A stretch of DNA of 64,000 nt from a virus. Lineage: Duplodnaviria; Caudoviricetes. Within the stretch, counting starts at the first letter, position 1, and each line of letters opens with the position of its first letter. The DNA lies in the IMG/VR virus record IMGVR_UViG_3300028888_000061, positions 32,001-96,000 of that record, one strand, 5' to 3'. Positions 40,234-49,688 of this stretch are shown one piece after another. Below the pieces are notes generated by a model. That model was not told where the DNA came from, made no database searches, and was given only the letters and a program-made list of their open reading frames with translations. The position numbers and the translations under genes are program-made.

Positions 40234-40889
40234 GCCGATACTCCTGTGTCTGATGGTTTATTCTGTTCAAGTGTGTAAACACCGTTCACTACATTGTACA
40301 CCCGATTTCCGTATGGAATAAATCGCTTATCATGTGTGATTAAGACCACGATGAGCCCAATCTGCTTTGTCAACTCTGAGACAAAAGCCATGAAATTCTC
40401 AAGATACGCGGTAGAAATTTGTGTGAAAGCCTCATCCAGAAACACGATTTTCCGAACAGGCAGATTCGACACATAAAAGCACTGGATTAAGAATCCGACT
40501 GTAACAAGAATGCCGCCTGCCACAGAAGAGTCTTTCAAAGGATACTGATACCCACCCTCCTCAAGAACCAACTCAGCACATTTGTTGCCACGCTTATCCG
40601 TTGTTACAATGGTCAGAGAATACTCATGGTCTGTGAAAATCTTTCTCAGACCGAACGTCAGCAGCTTCTCAAGATGGTCTAAAGCACGCCTTGAGAATTT
40701 CTGAACGATATCGTCAATGACAGGCTTAGCCGAATCAAACACACGACCACGTTCCTTCAAATACTCCAGTTGTGCTTTATGACCTGCCAGAATCTCTTCA
40801 TTCTGTTTAGCCTGAGCAACCGCTGCCTTGTAAGCAACAAAAAGCTCGCTTGTACGCTGTTCAATTTCGTCAAAAGTCATGGGTTTCAC
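40230..40889 (-). CDS. Rad50/SbcC C-terminal half
   Basis: Coiled coil, AGG signature, FLDEAF Walker B, ITH. Confidence 0.85.
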   Translation of the reverse strand: MKPMTFDEIEQRTSELFVAYKAAVAQAKQNEEILAGHKAQLEYLKERGRVFDSAKPVIDDIVQKFSRRALDHLEKLLTFGLRKIFTDHEYSLTIVTTDKRGNKCAELVLEEGGYQYPLKDSSVAGGILVTVGFLIQCFYVSNLPVRKIVFLDEAFTQISTAYLENFMAFVSELTKQIGLIVVLITHDKRFIPYGNRVYNVVNGVYTLEQNKPSDTGVSA

Positions 40890-41161
40890 GCCTCTAAAGT
40901 TTGTGCATTGTCGTATGCCTGTAACGCCTGTTCAAGGTCATGCAGTTCAACTGCTAATTCACTTGAAGTACGTTCAAGCAATTCACGTGCAGACAGTTCA
41001 TCGACAACACCATATTCACTCAATGACTCTTTCAAGGCATCAAGCTCTCTTGTCAACGTCTCAAGACGTGCTTCTTCTTTTGCACGTTCGAGCATGATAT
41101 TGTCACGTCGCTTTTTAAGTTCCTCAAATTTCGTAACCATATCCTGTGTTTTAATATCCAT
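40886..41161 (-). CDS. Small coiled-coil protein between the Rad50 halves
   Basis: AGGAG RBS, heptad pattern. Confidence 0.75.
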   Translation of the reverse strand: MDIKTQDMVTKFEELKKRRDNIMLERAKEEARLETLTRELDALKESLSEYGVVDELSARELLERTSSELAVELHDLEQALQAYDNAQTLEA

Positions 41162-41209
41162 GTTAAATCTCCTACAAGGTTGAAACAAAAACGAAAGGAA
41201 AACAATGCT

Positions 41210-41250
41210 TATGTATCACAAAGTCGTCATAAACGTGCTTACAGCACCAC
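41210..41250 (-). promoter_or_regulatory. Box promoter between the Rad50 halves
   Basis: GTGGTGCTG-N26-TACATA, spacer ends TTGTGA. Confidence 0.6.
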
Positions 41251-42555
41251 AGACGCTTCGTCGTGAGTACACAAAGGGTTGCCGCATAAAGGGCAAACTT
41301 TAAACTCCGCCAGTTGACTGTCAACGAAATCGCAATCCACATCGAACCCAAGCATCTTCTGCGATGAGACATCAACTTCACGAAACAGAGAGATGGCTAA
41401 GAGACATTTCTCAATAATTTCGTATCGTGACTTTAAGTCAGGGGCATTTCCAAGACGGACAACTGAATTTCGGATATCACGATAGAGATTTACAAGGCGT
41501 GAAATTTTCTCAAGTCTTGACAAGATTTCCATGAACTTGTTTACCGACACAGAAGCAATACTGTCTGACATGCGATAACGAGACAGTTGCTTATTGTAAG
41601 CATCATTCATTTCAACCCATTTCACAACTGTCAGGTAATGTGACAGTGCAGATTCCACACGGTTAATGGGGAATGAAGACACTTCATCACACAGACTAAG
41701 AATCTCACGTGCTTTACGTTGCTCTTCATAGCGAATCACAAGAGAAGACAGCAGATGACGTTTGCGCATCTTGAGCATACACGTGACGATGGAACTGTGC
41801 ATATCTGAATGCTTATGAAGCAATGCAGCACAACGGACACGTTCATCCTGCAACGTAGAAATCCGAGTGAGAATCGAACGAAGACTTTCAATCCGTTCAC
41901 GTTTCATCTTGACCTGCATTACACGTGCATACAAATCAGGAATTGCAGACAGCTCTTTTACACGTGCATCAGACTTTTCAAGTTCAAGCTCAAACTGTGA
42001 AACCAATTCAGTACTCAGCTTTATCTGGTCTGCAATATCTTTCACGTCAGCTTTATACAGGTCATCAAGCCTTGAGACATCGAAACTCTCATGGTAAGTC
42101 AAAACCGAATACAAAGTTGATGGTGAACCGAGTAGAAGGAACGGTCCAGCAAACTGACTGGAAAAGTTAAAATTCACAGACTCAGAGTCAATTTTGACTG
42201 AGGACACTTTCAGGGAATTTGCAACCACATCAAGCTGCTGCCTACCCAGCTTTGTGTACTCTTCGCCGTTCACCACATAACAGGCTTTTCTGTCACGGGC
42301 TTTGGTATCACGTGTATATGTGACATGTGCGTCCCCGGTATCCACATCAATCTGCATCATACCAGAACCATGCGTAACCATAGCATCCGTAAAGCTGTTG
42401 TCCGCAAGACCACGCAAAGCACGCAGTAATGTGGACTTACCGGAAGAGCTTGCACCAAGAATAAGATTGACTCCTGGAACAAAAGACAAGCTCGCCTCGC
42501 GAATAATACCTACGTTTGTCAATTCAACTTTAAACACTGCACTCTCCAAAAACAA
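41239..42555 (-). CDS. Rad50/SbcC N-terminal half ending in the Zn hook
   Basis: GVNLILGASSSGKS Walker A, Q-loop, C-terminal CPLCG; start uncertain. Confidence 0.85.
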   Translation of the reverse strand: MFLESAVFKVELTNVGIIREASLSFVPGVNLILGASSSGKSTLLRALRGLADNSFTDAMVTHGSGMMQIDVDTGDAHVTYTRDTKARDRKACYVVNGEEYTKLGRQQLDVVANSLKVSSVKIDSESVNFNFSSQFAGPFLLLGSPSTLYSVLTYHESFDVSRLDDLYKADVKDIADQIKLSTELVSQFELELEKSDARVKELSAIPDLYARVMQVKMKRERIESLRSILTRISTLQDERVRCAALLHKHSDMHSSIVTCMLKMRKRHLLSSLVIRYEEQRKAREILSLCDEVSSFPINRVESALSHYLTVVKWVEMNDAYNKQLSRYRMSDSIASVSVNKFMEILSRLEKISRLVNLYRDIRNSVVRLGNAPDLKSRYEIIEKCLLAISLFREVDVSSQKMLGFDVDCDFVDSQLAEFKVCPLCGNPLCTHDEASVVL

Positions 42556-42591
42556 ATACCACGCAAGGTGCGTAAAACTTAATACGGGTAC

Positions 42592-42632
42592 GTTTTACCA
42601 CAAAGTCGATATAGAAAAGAGTACAGCACCAC
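42592..42632 (-). promoter_or_regulatory. Box promoter
   Basis: GTGGTGCTG-N26-TAAAAC, spacer ends TTGTGG. Confidence 0.7.
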
Positions 42633-42646
42633 GACAAGTGAGACAC

Positions 42647-42683
42647 AAAAAAAAAGCGTTCTGTGATTAGCAGAACGCTTTTT
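42647..42683 (-). terminator. Intrinsic terminator of the large ncRNA
   Basis: AGCGTTCTG-N7-CAGAACGC followed by a long U-run. Confidence 0.8.
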
Positions 42684-43270
42684 CATGCAATTCGACACGG
42701 AGGGCACAAAGCCCTTACAATCAATGATGATACAAGTAACATCATAAACCTGAGACTTTAAGGGTAGGAGTATTCCCCACACGAAACGTGCGCTCTGGCG
42801 ATTCTGCCGTAAGTCACAAGGTGTGACCATCCAAGTAGGTTACATGGCTTTCCAACGTACAGCCCTTTACGGGAATTGTGTGCAACGAATCTCCCACATC
42901 TAGCCATCCACTCACCACCGGTTTTGTACCCCGGTGATGAACTGTGCGAGCAAGCCCGTAGGCCCGTTTTCCCTCGTCACAGTCAAGCGTCAAAACGAAG
43001 GTGCACGCCACGATCAATCCGTGTTAGTCATCTCACCCAATAAACACTTCTTCAGAAAACCTACCACAACCGTGATAACCTTTCTGAAGAAGTGTGTAGA
43101 GGAAACGTAAGTCAAGTTAAGACAGCCGCGAAGCCAATCTTTGCTTTTTTCTTGCTCGGAAACAACCCACAAACTCAACACATATAAGATCCTGTACGTT
43201 GGAAAGCCATGTACCAAACCCTTCTTCACCTGTCAAATAACTGCGGCAGGTCTAATGTGCCGCAATCTTA
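42647..43270 (-). ncRNA. Large structured non-coding RNA candidate (~620 nt)
   Basis: Own promoter and terminator, 22-bp long-range helix, many hairpins, no credible ORF. Confidence 0.7.
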
Positions 43271-43275
43271 CTGTT

Positions 43276-43304
43276 TAGATAACACAGAAATAAAAACCGT
43301 GCAA
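43276..43304 (-). promoter_or_regulatory. Sigma70-type promoter of the ncRNA
   Basis: TTGCAC-N17-TATCTA with TG extension. Confidence 0.6.
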
Positions 43305-43327
43305 CGTATTTGCTCAACGAAATAAAC

Positions 43328-43723
43328 TCAGCAACAACAGTCAGAACAAATCCGGCTCCAATGAAGAGGGTCAATCTCTGCGTAACCTTCCCAATCAACA
43401 AGGAAATGTTTGCCTTCCTTGTAAAAAATGTCACCTAGCACATTGAAGAACCCTGGATGGATAACCACAACGCCGGTATAGTCCAAGAGGAATGAAAACA
43501 GCACCGTATCATTCCTGTTCATAGGCAGTTCAGAAATGACAAGGAAATGTCCGTCAATCACATCATAAACCACACGTGACATCACACAATGAAGCGACAA
43601 CCACTCACGCATGATGCAAGCATACTGAAAACAGTTGCCTGTAAGCCATGTGGATTCGTCAGGGAAACGTCTGGAACGGTAACTAAAATATTCAGATTCT
43701 AGTTCAGAGAGGCATTGAATCAT
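43328..43723 (-). CDS. Hypothetical protein (GNC..YA...GHF, papain/transglutaminase-like)
   Basis: ORF and motif. Confidence 0.6.
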   Translation of the reverse strand: MIQCLSELESEYFSYRSRRFPDESTWLTGNCFQYACIMREWLSLHCVMSRVVYDVIDGHFLVISELPMNRNDTVLFSFLLDYTGVVVIHPGFFNVLGDIFYKEGKHFLVDWEGYAEIDPLHWSRICSDCCC

Positions 43724-44046
43724 TGCAGTAACTCACGAAGATTCTTATGACGCAGAAATTTGTACGCCAAATCCTGTGCATAATGCCATAACAATATGTC
43801 CTGCGTTGGATAAGGAAGCTGAACAATCCAGTGAAATTCGTCAGCGTCTTCGTCTGTAAACGGACAAGGAACACCGTCAAAACATGCTTTCATCCATGCA
43901 TCGAAACGCATGGAAATGTTTGCGAAATTAGAGTGGTAAACAATCCCACTACGTTTATCCGTAATGGTCAATAAAGGTGCATAAAACGAATCTACCGACA
44001 GAACAAAATTCGTCATTTCAAACGGAAACACGAAATTCATATACAA
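43720..44046 (-). CDS. Hypothetical protein
   Basis: Coupled ORF. Confidence 0.6.
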   Translation of the reverse strand: MYMNFVFPFEMTNFVLSVDSFYAPLLTITDKRSGIVYHSNFANISMRFDAWMKACFDGVPCPFTDEDADEFHWIVQLPYPTQDILLWHYAQDLAYKFLRHKNLRELLQ

Positions 44047-44055
44047 CCCGAATCG

Positions 44056-44526
44056 CTAAAAAACTTCATCCCAACCCAAGCCGTCATTTGAGTAAAGCGT
44101 CAGCCCGTAATCGTCAAACACATCGCCATCAATTTCCTTGCGATACGTTATCATGTACTGATGCACATCAGACTGTAAATCCTGCATCAGATACTTCATA
44201 CAGGACAGTGCATCATCGTAAGTGACCAACTCTCCGTGGTCTCCGAGAATGCTTGCGAACACAAGCTCACGAGTTGCACAAGGGAACGAAGCTACGATAC
44301 GAAAAAATCCTTTTAACGCGGAAACATCTTGCTCAGAATGAAAAACGCGGCAAGCAATGTCATCGAATGTTCCTGCATCATAGCATATACCGTGAAGCAA
44401 TTCATCATCAGTTTCTCCACCAGTACACCAGCCACAATGGCATTCGTCTTTACGGCCACAACGCTCAGTGAAAAAAGCGATTGCTTTTCTATTCAGCCTT
44501 AAAACCTCTTCTTCATACCATGTCAT
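44056..44526 (-). CDS. Hypothetical protein
   Basis: GGAGG RBS before MTWY. Confidence 0.7.
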   Translation of the reverse strand: MTWYEEEVLRLNRKAIAFFTERCGRKDECHCGWCTGGETDDELLHGICYDAGTFDDIACRVFHSEQDVSALKGFFRIVASFPCATRELVFASILGDHGELVTYDDALSCMKYLMQDLQSDVHQYMITYRKEIDGDVFDDYGLTLYSNDGLGWDEVF

Positions 44527-44632
44527 GGCTGATACCTCCAAAAGAATGTAACCCAAACAAAATCAAAGCACTCTCTTTGATAAGAGGGAATCAAAACAAG
44601 ACAACAACTACATGTATCATAAGGAGGAAGTT

Positions 44633-44863
44633 ATGTCGAAATCACTTAAAGTTCTAGCACTATCATCATTATGTGTTATTCTTGTTGGGTGTTCAACAGC
44701 ATCCAACTGGAATAATGCACAAAACTGCAAAAAACTGAAGAGTGACGACCGGTATTACTCATGTTATGTCGTCATCGACGGAAAGGTTAAAACATTCAAG
44801 AAACCGATTATAGAAGACAAACAAAGGAGAAGTGAAACAGATGAACTTGAACATACTCCATGA
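44633..44863 (+). CDS. Small lipoprotein
   Basis: AAGGAGG RBS, signal peptide with lipobox LVGC. Confidence 0.75.
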   Translation: MSKSLKVLALSSLCVILVGCSTASNWNNAQNCKKLKSDDRYYSCYVVIDGKVKTFKKPIIEDKQRRSETDELEHTP

Positions 44864-45416
44864 CCAATTCGTGCATACGGTACAAAACGACATCCACAGA
44901 AATGGTACCGAGAACTTGCTTTCATGGCTTGAGACAACGGACTTTTTCACGGCACCTGCATCCGCAAAGTACCACAGCTGCTTTCCTGGCGGACTGTGCT
45001 TACACAGCCTGAACGTACACAAGCGGATTATGACAAAAGTATCAACAGGTGACGGTATAGACAGAGAAAGTCTGGCAATCGTATCCCTGTTCCATGACCT
45101 ATGCAAAGCAAACTTTTACAAGCAAGATTTACGCAACACGAAAGACGAAAGCGGTCAGTGGATAAAAGTTCCTTATTACACGTTTGACGACCAGTTTCCA
45201 TTGGGACACGGTGAAAAAAGTCTGTTTCTGATACAGCGGCATATTGAGCTTACGAACGAAGAAGCACTGGCCGTCCGATGGCACATGGGTAACTTCGGTC
45301 TGATGATTGGTTCAAATGAAATGATTGCTTTGAACAATGCAATGCGTAAAAGCCGCTTACTTATCATGCTTCAACAGGCAGATACAGAGGCGGCTTTTTG
45401 GGACGAGACTGTGTGA
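44832..45416 (+). CDS. HD-domain phosphohydrolase
   Basis: APAS.KYH...GGL..HS, HDLCK, GHGEKS, WHMG, AD. Confidence 0.88.
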   Translation: MKQMNLNILHDQFVHTVQNDIHRNGTENLLSWLETTDFFTAPASAKYHSCFPGGLCLHSLNVHKRIMTKVSTGDGIDRESLAIVSLFHDLCKANFYKQDLRNTKDESGQWIKVPYYTFDDQFPLGHGEKSLFLIQRHIELTNEEALAVRWHMGNFGLMIGSNEMIALNNAMRKSRLLIMLQQADTEAAFWDETV

Positions 45417-45417
45417 G

Positions 45418-46575
45418 TTATCGAATACGAGAAAAGAATCGAACGCCGATAGGTTTGTTATTGTCTGGCGACATACGTCGAAATCCGTTCCCTAAATCCT
45501 GAGTATCGACCGCATCAAGGCATACGCACATATATCGTTTTCCGTCGCTCGTGTCCTGATGCAGGTAGACAAGACCACTGAAACCATTTCTGAAAAAGTC
45601 AATGATTGAATTGTGGTATGAACCGAGCGGCTCAATGTCGAACCATAAACGATCAGCAAAAGGTGCATCGCACATAACAGTTTCAATCACATTATCGTTT
45701 TCGTCGTAGTAGCACAGTTGCATTTTTCCATCGACAAGACCATGAATCAGTTTCATGGATTTCGGAAACGGAATGAGTCTGCCACCGGCTGATTCATTCC
45801 CGGCTTTCGGCACACGAATCGTAAACCCACACATGAGCGACAGATTAGTGCCGAAGAACTCTTTACGTGGAGAACCCAGTTTGTCAGCAAGCAACCCACG
45901 TCTGTCGGTATAAATAGACATAGGTGTTTCACTTTTATCGCAAGCAACGAGCCAGTTGTCTTCCATATAGGCGTAGAACCCATAATCTCGACAAACAGGA
46001 GAAACACTTACCTTTGGAAACGGAGTATAAACTTCGACATCGCCCTGAACATAGGACACTTCAAGACCGTAATACGTATCGTAATAACGGACACCATGCT
46101 CGGACAACCATACGATGTTTCGTTCAGGTGACTTCGACAACGACGACAGAAAACTGTGCATGAAACCGACAAGCGGGATATTATGAAACACAGGATAAAC
46201 ACTCTGAATCTTGTCGAACACGGCAACCGGTTGGTCTGATGCGTGTTTCTTGAGTTCGTCCAAACTCAAACCAAACCGATCCGTATCATTGCAAAAAGCT
46301 GAATGGTCACATGTCACACGAAAGATTTCCTGTTCTGAAAAGTTCTCATTACCATCCATCACGTCCAGATACGGGATAACGCCACTATATTTAAAGTACG
46401 TACACGGAACACGGGATTTCATCATAACCGAACCGATGCCGGGTTTCTGGAACTTAAACAAGTATTGCGTTGTTGCATCGCCTGAATACCGGTAAAAGTC
46501 CGTTTGAGCTTTAGAAAGTGCAATGTCGAAGTCACGAGCATGTTCAATAAGCGAACGTGAAATGTATGTGGTCAT
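45418..46575 (-). CDS. Hypothetical protein
   Basis: 385-aa ORF, GGAG RBS. Confidence 0.75.
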   Translation of the reverse strand: MTTYISRSLIEHARDFDIALSKAQTDFYRYSGDATTQYLFKFQKPGIGSVMMKSRVPCTYFKYSGVIPYLDVMDGNENFSEQEIFRVTCDHSAFCNDTDRFGLSLDELKKHASDQPVAVFDKIQSVYPVFHNIPLVGFMHSFLSSLSKSPERNIVWLSEHGVRYYDTYYGLEVSYVQGDVEVYTPFPKVSVSPVCRDYGFYAYMEDNWLVACDKSETPMSIYTDRRGLLADKLGSPRKEFFGTNLSLMCGFTIRVPKAGNESAGGRLIPFPKSMKLIHGLVDGKMQLCYYDENDNVIETVMCDAPFADRLWFDIEPLGSYHNSIIDFFRNGFSGLVYLHQDTSDGKRYMCVCLDAVDTQDLGNGFRRMSPDNNKPIGVRFFSRIR

Positions 46576-46593
46576 GTTAGCAAAACTCCAAGA

Positions 46594-46992
46594 TTAGAAA
46601 AACCCGTTATCCATAGCTGCAAGGTGTTCGTTAAGTTCTTCCTCACTTTCATATTCGGAAACAATTTCATTCACATCATCATCATCTTCGTCATCCTGAA
46701 AGTCTTGAACAGCCTTGTTTAAAGATTCCTGATGCTCTTGAGCATCAGGTGACACAGGAGCTCTTACAGGCATCGTGAAAGAAAACAAACCGCCAAGCGA
46801 AGACACATGTTCACCTCTCTGGGGTGGAATACGTGTGTTACAACCAATAGAGTTACCTGCATTTGAGGTGACTGGTAAGGTTACGTTGAGACAGCAAGAC
46901 AAAACAAGTTCCTCAAGTGTAACATTACGGTCAGAAGCAGCTTTGCACAAGTCAGCCATTTGTTTTTCAGAAAAGGAAAGAACAATATTCAT
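46594..46992 (-). CDS. Protein with N-terminal ribbon-helix-helix-like segment and acidic tail
   Basis: MNIVLSFSE..MADL..AA...NVTLEELV; AGGAG RBS. Confidence 0.55.
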   Translation of the reverse strand: MNIVLSFSEKQMADLCKAASDRNVTLEELVLSCCLNVTLPVTSNAGNSIGCNTRIPPQRGEHVSSLGGLFSFTMPVRAPVSPDAQEHQESLNKAVQDFQDDEDDDDVNEIVSEYESEEELNEHLAAMDNGFF

Positions 46993-46994
46993 AG

Positions 46995-47282
46995 TCAGCT
47001 CCTGAAAGAAAGGGATGAAGCATTGAGGCGTTCTCTCGTTGCAGAATCCAAAAGAAACCAAGCATCGTCACCATTATCATCAACAGCGAGCACAAACGAG
47101 AAGGCTTCCTCACTCCGACTTTTATGATGGGATTTCATCTCTTCAATCATCTGAGAGAAAAATACCGGTTGTGCAGAAATAGCAGCATCAATCGTGTCGT
47201 AATCCACGCAACTCGAATCAAATGGTCGCTCATTACCGTTCCTGTCAAACTCACGGATTCCATAATGTAATTCGTATCTCAT
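46995..47282 (-). CDS. Hypothetical protein
   Basis: AGGAGG RBS. Confidence 0.75.
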   Translation of the reverse strand: MRYELHYGIREFDRNGNERPFDSSCVDYDTIDAAISAQPVFFSQMIEEMKSHHKSRSEEAFSFVLAVDDNGDDAWFLLDSATRERLNASSLSFRS

Positions 47283-47317
47283 CGGTACCTCCTAAACGAG
47301 AATTTTGAAGCATCGTC

Positions 47318-47358
47318 AAGATACCATAGACACACATGAGTGAAACAAACAGCACCAT
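47318..47358 (-). promoter_or_regulatory. Box promoter
   Basis: ATGGTGCTG-N26-TATCTT, spacer ends CTATGG. Confidence 0.65.
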
Positions 47359-47360
47359 GA

Positions 47361-47392
47361 AAAAAGGGACAAACCAAATGGTTTGTCCCTTT
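47361..47392 (-). terminator. Intrinsic terminator
   Basis: AAAGGGACAAACC/GGTTTGTCCCTTT. Confidence 0.75.
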
Positions 47393-47418
47393 AATGTCAC
47401 ACCTGCAAGTCGCCGGTA

Positions 47419-47766
47419 TTACTTCTTTGAGGATTTCTTGGCAGGTTTCTTATCTGCTTTTTTCTCGCTTTTACCTGCACAATTTAACGCATTCTTGATA
47501 ACTGTGGACTGCTTGAACACAACTGCTTTCTGAGCAGGGATGTGAAGAGCTTCGCCAGTTCTCGGATTGCGTGCTTCACGTGCAGCACGTTCACGAACTT
47601 TGAGGATGCCAATCCCGTTCAACGCAACGTCTTCACCTGACTGAAGAATTCTTGCGAACTCCTTGATGATTGCATCGTAAACGAGTTCAATGTTCCTCTT
47701 GGAAAGGTTTGCTCCGTCTATCACTAATTGTTCGGATAAGGATGAAATGATGTCAGCTTTTTTCAT
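47419..47766 (-). CDS. hup: HU-family histone-like protein with Lys-rich tail
   Basis: M.KADII, RAAREARNPRTGE..IPA..FK. Confidence 0.92.
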   Translation of the reverse strand: MKKADIISSLSEQLVIDGANLSKRNIELVYDAIIKEFARILQSGEDVALNGIGILKVRERAAREARNPRTGEALHIPAQKAVVFKQSTVIKNALNCAGKSEKKADKKPAKKSSKK

Positions 47767-47903
47767 AAGATGCCCCTATGATATGTCCTGTCGGACGTGT
47801 TAAATCAAGGACTAAACCAGGCGTCCTTGTGCGAATGCTTTGATACTCCGTGTTTCGTAAACACGCAAGAAAATTTCGTGAACAACACAACGAAATTCAG
47901 ATT

Positions 47904-48116
47904 TCACGCTTTTTCAGTTTCTTTGTTTTGCTCAATACGACTGATTTCGTGTTGAAGATAATCAAGTGCCTTTCTCAGGTCTGGCAATGGGTCATCGGTT
48001 TTTACACCGGCTCGTAGCAGGTATTTCAACGTATTGCCCAAAGAAAAATTCAAGCCATACGCTTCAATAATGTCTATCGCCTCATACCCTTGCTTGCAGT
48101 AATACGGATTTTTCAT
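47904..48116 (-). CDS. DUF3310 family protein
   Basis: P.YY...EAIDII...F.LGN.LKYL.RAG.K...DL.KA..YL. Confidence 0.85.
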   Translation of the reverse strand: MKNPYYCKQGYEAIDIIEAYGLNFSLGNTLKYLLRAGVKTDDPLPDLRKALDYLQHEISRIEQNKETEKA

Positions 48117-48131
48117 TAAAAACCCCCCTCT

Positions 48132-48548
48132 TCAATTACGAATTACACAACATGGGAATCCATCGAAAATATTGAGGATTTCTATGGAGTGCCCAAGAAA
48201 ATTACGCAGCGAACTCACTGTGCCCCATCCATTGTCGGCATCGTATTCCGACAGCATTTCATTATGTTGAAGTACAAATGTGTTTGCTTCCCTGTACATC
48301 CGCAACAAATCTTGTGTCGTGTAACCATGTTCATCAATACACCAAATCGCATCGTACAGAGATTCCGTTTCGCTTACAGGAACATGCTGACACATCGTGA
48401 CAAGATTGCCTGTGATGTTGCCTATCTCAACACATCCGTCAGAAATGCAGGAACAATACCCAGACTCAAGAATGTATTTCGGTATCACATAGCATGGAAA
48501 ACCGCCGTAATGAATTTCAGGAAACTTAATGTATAACGTAGCACTCAT
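48132..48548 (-). CDS. Hypothetical protein
   Basis: NIT.NL..M and NGWGT motifs of a common phage family; GGAG RBS. Confidence 0.75.
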   Translation of the reverse strand: MSATLYIKFPEIHYGGFPCYVIPKYILESGYCSCISDGCVEIGNITGNLVTMCQHVPVSETESLYDAIWCIDEHGYTTQDLLRMYREANTFVLQHNEMLSEYDADNGWGTVSSLRNFLGHSIEILNIFDGFPCCVIRN

Positions 48549-48603
48549 GCGCTCTCCAAATCAGAAAGGTGAACGAACAAAATAAAAGAGAGAAAGGAAT
48601 ATT

Positions 48604-49020
48604 TCAAACGGCGAGTTCTCGATATCCTTCACATTCAAATATGGCTTCCATCAGAAAACCACCTTCCGTTGTTTTAACGATTCGTGATGATTTGAATCTC
48701 GTTTTCATGCATTCATATTTGCTTTCGACCTTACAGTCTTGTCCGAAACCCCAAATCGTTGCATCATCCACAAGAAAATCAACGTCTTGAGTTCTCTGCA
48801 TCTGCTGAGCCAGAGAAAATAGAACGTCTTTTTCTATGTCACTCTTGTCGATTGGGTACAAGCATTGGATGCTCTTAAGCGTGAATGTAGAGCACTCTTG
48901 AGCACACGTCATGCTGTTGATCATATAACGAAACAAATGCTTTCCATCGTTATATGACGGAATACGGATAGCAAGCTCATAGTACAGTTGATTGTGTGTC
49001 CAATTATCGTCTAAACTCAT
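48604..49020 (-). CDS. Hypothetical protein
   Basis: GAGG RBS. Confidence 0.7.
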   Translation of the reverse strand: MSLDDNWTHNQLYYELAIRIPSYNDGKHLFRYMINSMTCAQECSTFTLKSIQCLYPIDKSDIEKDVLFSLAQQMQRTQDVDFLVDDATIWGFGQDCKVESKYECMKTRFKSSRIVKTTEGGFLMEAIFECEGYRELAV

Positions 49021-49035
49021 TTCAAAAACCTCGTT

Positions 49036-49602
49036 TCAAAAAGTCAATGTTTTCAAGTCCATTCCATGCGTATTCAGGTAATGGCAGATGTACAGAAACG
49101 CTTCACAGCAATCATGGCACGGAGGTCGTATCTTTCCGGTTTTTGAAACGACAGGAACACTCCATCCGGCAGCATGGAAACGTTCAAGTAACTTCGTGGC
49201 ACGGTTCACGGAGACGGTTTTTGTGTAGTCTCGTTTGGAATGAATCGTCCGCAGGGTGGACGGGTTGTACGTTTGCAACACATGGTCTTTAATACGCTCA
49301 AAAATCAACGAATCCAAGCAGTACAGTGCAGGGGACATAGAACTTGCAGGTAGCGGTTCTTCCATTACAACACGTACAGGGTCAAACGACATAACCCAAG
49401 ATGCAATGTCATTAGCCAGTGCAAATGCAGACTCGAACACGGAATGGAAACCACGTTTGACCGTACCGTCAACAGACGCCTTCCCGGTTATTGGATGGGA
49501 TAGGTTATGGAATACAACACGCTTCGACCCGTCTTGCATAACACAACAAAGTCCTGTTCGAGAGAATGACGGATCAATTCCAACCAGATTGTATGGCAAC
49601 AT
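49036..49602 (-). CDS. ruvC: RuvC-like Holliday junction resolvase
   Basis: VGIDPS..RTG, VVMEEP, HD.CEAF. Confidence 0.85.
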   Translation of the reverse strand: MLPYNLVGIDPSFSRTGLCCVMQDGSKRVVFHNLSHPITGKASVDGTVKRGFHSVFESAFALANDIASWVMSFDPVRVVMEEPLPASSMSPALYCLDSLIFERIKDHVLQTYNPSTLRTIHSKRDYTKTVSVNRATKLLERFHAAGWSVPVVSKTGKIRPPCHDCCEAFLYICHYLNTHGMDLKTLTF

Positions 49603-49688
49603 GAGAACTTATCCACCAGAAAACAAAAAGGAAAGAACAAAGAAACGAGCATGTGTTATCACTACAAAACAAACGTAGTGATAACACA

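Noticed and set aside
42647-43270. RNase P, tmRNA, group I/II intron or retron ncRNA
   Set aside because: No GAGGAAAGUCC or tRNA-Ala-like ends, it does not interrupt a gene, and no reverse transcriptase is in the window
42579-43434. Short ORFs 42579-42830, 42814-43017, 43014-43229 and 43252-43434
   Set aside because: No RBS, alternative starts, and they overlap strong RNA helices, the promoter and the terminator
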